DNA of 63,788 nucleotides, from positions 275,601,643-275,665,430 of the forward strand of contig NC_058133.1 in NCBI RefSeq assembly GCF_016433145.1, read 5' to 3'. The notes below the pieces were generated by a model. It saw nothing but the letters and a program-made list of their open reading frames with translations, was not told the origin of the DNA and made no database searches. Below, piece by piece: positions 57,435 to 63,788 of the stretch (positions within the stretch are counted from its first letter, which is position 1; the number at the start of each line of letters is the position of its first letter). The position numbers were made by a program, and so were the translations under genes. The stretch comes from Gracilinanus agilis (taxonomy: Eukaryota).

Positions 57435-60400
57435 GTAACGTGTGTGTTTGTTTTACCTTTATAGGTCCCAATTTCTGACCATCGATGCACAGAAATGGGT
57501 GTGAGCCACAGAGAGAGATTAGTTCTGCATGCTCAGAGTGTTTGGGTATGGACTTTATGAGAGCTAGATGTATAGGCAGAGGAAAGGAATAGGGTTTAAA
57601 GCCTGTATGTTGAGAAGAAATTTGAAAGGTTCATTAAGTAAAGTCCATGCCATCTCTACTCTACTTTCAAACATCACCCCCAAGAAACCTTGTTAATGTT
57701 TGCCTGTATCTCCCAACTCTTTAAGTGTTACCTTTTTTTGAGGTGTGGGGGAGTAGAAAAGGTGAGGATGATGGCTAGGAGAAGGGGGAAAAAATACATG
57801 GAGACATTAGATGAAAGGGGTGTTCCTTGAAGCTTTGGGTTGTGAGAGGAGGGCACATTGAGATTAGATTGTATTCCTTCCCAGGCCAGTTCCCATCTGC
57901 CTTTGCTCACTATCATAGGGAAGTCCTTAATAGGCAGGAAGGATCAGGGTTCAATATAGTATAGCTATCATGGACAGTAAAGTAATAAAGGAGAGGAATA
58001 AAGGGCAGGATTTGACATCATTGAGAAGAATGAAAAAGGAAATGCTCCAAATAATGTCAGTTAGTGAACAGTCATTTATTAAATACTTAACTTGTGCAAA
58101 GTGTGGGGAATGGAAAGAAAGGCAAAAACCCCTGTTCTCAGAGAACTTCCATTCTAATGGGGGAGAAAACATACACCAATTGTATAGAGAGGATATATCT
58201 AGTGGAAGTGGAAGGTAATCTGAAAGAGAAGGGCCCAGTGGTGGGAAATGAGAGGGGACTGGGAAAAGCTGCTTGTATTTGGCAAACTAGGAGGAGGGAG
58301 GAGGGATACATTCCAGGTGGGGGATAGCCAATGACAAAGCTCACAGTTTGGAGCATAATGCTTGAGGAATCCAGAGAAGACTGCTGTTCTTGGATCTTAG
58401 AATTTGTGGAGGAGAGTAAAGAGGGAGAAGACTGGAAAGGTGGGAAGGGTCTGGATTATGAAGGGCTTTTAAAAAACAAGCTGAAGATTTATAGTTAATT
58501 CTCCTGAAAGTAACAGGAAGCCACCAAGAGTTGATCAAAATAGAGGGGTGGGGTGATATGATTAGACCTGTGCTTTAGGAAAGTGACTGGTTAAAGGAGG
58601 ATGGATTGGAGTGAAGGAAGACTTGAAGTAGGGAAACCCACCAAAATGTAGAACTGCATGAGAGGAAAATGAACTGTTGTGAATGTAGAAATATCAAGAA
58701 CTGGCAGCAGGCTGCATATTGGAGATGCATGTGTGCTAGTTGGTTAACCTGAATGAGCAAGAAAGATTGACTGATAAGGGAGTTCAGAAGGGGAGAAAGA
58801 TAATATATATTTATTAAAGATTTGGGTAATGTGCCCCGACTTCAGTGAAGACTCTTTATTTGAATGCTCAGCTTAGCCAACTCTTGACTCTTTGAGGTTG
58901 AAGATCCAACTTGTGGATCATCAAAGTCCTGTACTTTTTATCTTTTACTTTTTTATCCCTCCAAAGAAGCAGGTGGGAAAAGCTGAAGCCAAAACAGTTC
59001 TCGTTTCTTAGTTGTCATATCATGTTGGTTTGATTTGGGGGGAGGAGATTGACTAATGTAAAGGTTTGGGTTTATCTGGGGATTTGAATTATTTGGATTA
59101 CTTTTGGCCTCTGTTATCTTGGGTGATAAAGGAAAATTGACTATATTTGTATTGCCCCTTTTGTTCTCATGTTGGAAGGCAATATAAGTAAATAGATTTG
59201 ACTGACTCTCTTCATTATACAGATGGAGAAATTGAGGCCTGGAAAAGATGAGTGACTTGTCCAAGATTACACAGTGAGTAGGAAGCCAAGTTTAGAACCT
59301 TGTTGACAGTGGTGACATTTGAGGGAATAAAAAAGCATTCTAAAAGACAGCTAGAGAGAGAGAACTCAGCAAGGTTGATGATTGGGTCTAATGTTCAAAA
59401 TATTATGAGAGACTTAGAACAAGGCATAAAGAGAGAGAAACTAGGAAGAGGACTGGTTTCTCCACATCCCTCTTTGGCATATCAGTTGGCATAGACGATA
59501 GATTGGTTCCTCACCCTAAAATAATCCTTACTTTGGTGTATCGTGCCTGGAGAGCAGCAGGTGATCAACCAGAAGGCAAGGGGGGGAGAGGAGAAGACGG
59601 AACTTTCTCTCTGCTGAAATAGAATTGGTCCCTTTAGCTTGGAGGTCACCATGAGGTGGAAAAACTCCCCATTAGACATTAGTCTAATCTCTGCCTTCCA
59701 CCCTATCCCTATTCTCTAAGACACCTCCCCTCGAGGGCTTTTAAGGCTAAAAAACCTTGTACTGTCTCAGGGCCTGCCAGAACCCAGACTTTTCTGACTG
59801 AGCCAACTGCTGGATCATAATCAGCTGAAGGTGACCTGCATTTGGTTATGTGGGGATATTGACAGGAAGGAAAGAATGGGATCAGTTCTATTCTTTCTTT
59901 TGAATCCTGAACCTTCTCAGTATACCAACAGAGCATCTTTGAGGGGACAGTCTATGGGGACATTGCATATGGGGACAGATGTGTGTGTTAAAGGTATAGA
60001 GGCCTTTCAGCATTATTAACAACCAGCAGCTGGATTATACTGTGAAACAGAAGTTCTTGAATCATAAGCCTGACAGGGTTCTGAAGAGATCATCCCAGCC
60101 TTGTGTCTCTAGGGAAGACCACGCCTAACCCAACCCACACAGATGAGAATCTCCCATTTTTTCAAAGATCTCCAGGGAAGAAAATTCTCTACCCCCACCC
60201 TGTGTCACTGAGGCCAGCATCTCACAACCCTTGTCTTTAGGAAGAACTTCCTAATGTCTTTCTTGGATTTTTTAGTGGAAAGCTCACTGGGTTGAGAGGT
60301 AGAAGATCTGAACTGGACTCTTGACCAGCATTATCTGGAGTATTAAACTTAAGATAATTTTTGAGGATTCTCCCAGTGCTAAAAGTCTGTAAATTAGTTA

Positions 60401-61979
60401 TTCTAAAATTATCAGGATTCTCTCTGCAAAATTCCTCTATTATTTGAGGAGCAAAGGCTTAAAAAACTCCAATGCCAACTTAGTAGGTAATGATTCCTGA
60501 GTCCCTTAGCCACAGTTCCAGCCAGACTCCTACACTCTCAGTCAGTATCATGAGTTGATAATTCCCTGAGTGTAGAATCTCATATTGAAGGTTAGAGGAG
60601 GAAGACAACAGAGAAAGAAGACTACCCCCTTCCTTACCCCCTTCCTTAAAGGAGCTTCTACTCTGATAGAGCAGACTGAATCCTCTCTGTTAGGGACCTC
60701 CAGTCTAATGGGGTAGGGGTGGGGGGGATTGGGGCACAACCTGACACATATAGGCACACAATCTAACATGCATATATGCACAAACAGTGGAGGAAAGGGA
60801 AGCTTATGTGCCTTAGAGAAGCAGATAATCTGATGGGGTAACCCATTCTTCATACTTGGGCACAGAAACTGGACCTGTGGTTTTATTGATATAGAAGACT
60901 CCCTTTACCAGTGCAGGTCAGCACCTTCTCTGTAACTTATAGCTGTAGAAAGTTGCCCAGAGGGGCAGCTAGGTGGCACATTGGATAGAGTGCCAGATTT
61001 GGAGTTGCAAGGATCCAATCTGGCCTCAGATGCTTCCTAGCTGTGTGACCCTGGGCAAGTCACTTAACCTTGTTTGCCTAACCCTTGCCATTCTGTGTTA
61101 CAGAAGGTAATGGCTTTTTAAAAATTAAGAAAGCAAGTTGCCCTGAGTCCTGGGAGATTTCGAGGTTTAGTGATCTTCCTAGGGTCACACAGCCAGGATG
61201 GTTCCAAGATGAGACTTGAACCTGGGTCTTCTTGGTCAGCTCTTTCCTATAATGCCTTTCCATGCTCAGGTAATTTATGGCACAGACAGTCTTTGTCCTT
61301 GGGGAGTAGCAACCTGATGGTGACCCTCACATATAGGAAAGGAAGATAGGGGTCAGGGTATCTGTACAGGAGATGCTTTCTGTTAACTAAGAGTGGAAAT
61401 AGAGAATGCTAAGACTCAGAGGAAGGAGAAACAATAGAAATGGTGATGGGCTGAGGATCAGATTTGCTTGGTCACTTTTTTTATTTATTACCTTTTTTTA
61501 AAACCCTTATCTTTTGGCTTAGGTGATAGCAAGTATCAGTTTCAAGGCAGAAGAGCTATAAGAGCTAGGCAATTGGGATTAAGTGATTTGTCCAGTCTTT
61601 GAGGTCACATTTGAACTCAGGTCCTCCTGACTTCAGACCTGCTACTCTATGTACAGAGTCACCTTTTACCCTTTTGTTTTTATGGAAAGAGCCATGGATG
61701 TGGAATAAAATCACCTGGGTTCAGATCCTGGCTCTGATACTGACTAGCCATCTGAGTGAACTTAGCTTCTGAGTCATTTAACCTCTCTGGGTCTCAGTTT
61801 CCTCATCTATAAAATGGTAATAAAGCTAAGTATATTGCCTGTCAAACAGGGATTTTATGGAAAAAATGCTTTGCAGACTTTAAAGCAGCATATACTTGTG
61901 AGTTTTGATGACTAAGTCTAAGAGAGTTTTAGAGGCCTTGCAGGGTCCTTATTTACCATGAACCATGCTGCATAGCTAT

Positions 61980-63000
61980 CCTGAACCTTATGCAGCTGTA
62001 GAACAGGCTCATCTTTCAGCCAAAACTCCTCCATAGTTACTAATGATCTCTTAGTTGCCAAATCTAATGACCTTTTTTTTTTGATCCTTATCCTTCTTGA
62101 CCTTTATGCAGGCTTTGACTTTTATCAGTTACCCTCTTCTTGATACACTCTTTTCTAGGCTTTTGTGACACTACTTTCTCCTGGTTTTCATCCTACCTAT
62201 CTGCACACTCCTTTGTTTGTCCCTGGTTCTTCATCTAGATCAAGGCTGAAAACTGGGTGTCCTAGGGCCCTTTTCTCTTCTCCCTGTTTACTATTTCAGT
62301 TGATCTCATTTGCTCCCCTAGATTAAATTATCGATATGCTGATGATTCTCAATTCTTCTTATTTAACCTTAACCTCTCCAATGACTTCCAGTCTCCCATT
62401 CCCAACTAATTATGAGACATTTTGTCCTGGACGTCCCAAAGACTTCTTAAAAAGGTCAACACTTCCAAGGTCAAACTTATTTCTTTCCCTCAAACCCTCT
62501 CTTCTAAACTTGCCTATTACTTTTGAGGGTACTGCCATTTCCCCAATCATCTAGGCTCACAACTTTAGGTATTATCCTTGAACATTCTTCATTCTCCCCT
62601 CCCTCTCATATCCATTCTGTTCCTAAGGCTTGATATTTCTGCCTTCAAAGCATTTCTAGTAGACTCCTCTATTCTGGCATTATTACTGCCTTGGTGACGG
62701 CCCTCTTCACCTATCACCTAGACTATTGAAGTAGTCTGCTATTTGGTCTCTCTGCCTTAATCTCCTCCTCCCCTATCCCTATCTTCCAATCAGCTGCCAA
62801 AGTGACCTTCCTAAAATATGTCCTAAGTGATCTTCCTAAAACAGGCTTAAATATGTCAGCTTCTCCCCCGTTCCAACTCAATCAACTCCAGGGACCCACT
62901 ATTCAGTGTTCAAAGGCCTTCATCAATTGTCTCCCACCCCCAGACTTTGCAATCTTCTTACATTTTACACCTCCCTGAGTACTTTTCTGGGGGAGGGAGA
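61980..63000. mobile_element. L2 LINE relic in PPP2R5D intron 2
   Basis: Degenerate L2-like sequence similar to 6560-7950 and 8790-9720. Confidence 0.5.
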
Positions 63001-63788
63001 AAAAAACCTTCTATCTTAGAATCCATACTAAAAATCGGTTCCAGGTAAGGGCAAGGCAGTTGGGGTTAAATGACTTAGCCCAGGGTCACACAGCTAGGAA
63101 GCATCTGAGGCCAAAGAACCCAGGACCTCCTGTCTCCAAGTCTGGTGCCTCTCTAAGTACTTTGCAACCCAGTGACACTGGCCTTCTTGCTATTCCTCAT
63201 ACCAGACACTCCTATCTCCTGACTCTTGGCTGTCCCCCATCTGTGGCATGCCTCCTTCCTCATCTCTGCCTTCAGGGTTTCCTAGTTTCCATCAAATTCC
63301 AGCTAAAATCCTCCTTTCTCCAGGAAGCCTTTCCTAACCCTTCATTATTCTAATGCCTTTTCTCTGTTGATTATTTCCAGTTTGTCCTGTATATAGTTTG
63401 TTTGTACATATTGTTTCCTTCATTAGGCTGTGAGCTCCTTGAGAGCTGGGTCTGTCTTTAGTTTTTCTTGGTATACCCAGGCATTTAGCACAATGCCTAG
63501 GACATAATAGGTGCTTAATAAATGTTAGTTGAATGAAATGACTGACTTTAAGATTCATAAAGGATGTTAACAAATCAGTCCAACCATTTAATGTTAGAAA
63601 TGGGGTTACTGCTTTCTTACTTTCTAACCTTCTAGACCCCAAGGAAAGTTCTGTTTCTTCCTTGGATTTTGTGCTAGCATGCACAGTATAGGACTTAATT
63701 CTTGGTAAATTTCTGATGTATGAAGAACTGACCCATGAAGGTAAAAGAGGATTTGCAGCTTCCTAAGATATATCCCATTGGCTCCCTG

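Overview
Marsupial genomic DNA, most likely a didelphid such as Monodelphis. This is inferred from dense opossum-type tRNA-derived SINEs, marsupial L1 3' ends, MIR/L2/L3/RTE relics and hAT MITEs. The window is the block syntenic to human 6p21.1. It holds complete CNPY3 (+, 6 coding exons, 10704-19649, 280 aa) and complete GNMT (+, 6 exons, 22621-28458, 295 aa). It also holds complete PEX6 (-, 17 exons, 44229-29865, 993 aa) and the first two coding exons of PPP2R5D (+, 53940-53966 and 57357-57434). I read every exon by hand: all introns are GT-AG, phases are consistent and none of the genes has an internal stop. I found no tRNA, rRNA, snoRNA or CRISPR array. The most interesting observations are: (1) a hAT MITE whose 8-bp target-site duplication is the PEX6 exon-15 splice donor, which is open in the PEX6 frame end to end and carries a near-consensus CTCF motif; (2) a compact CNPY3-GNMT junction with no canonical poly(A) signal and in-frame fusion options; (3) a U12-like donor on PEX6 intron 7; (4) a candidate alternative PPP2R5D exon giving an in-frame new N-terminus. 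Repeat family names and cross-species comparisons come from memory, not database searches. I cannot claim a wholly new biological system from sequence alone.
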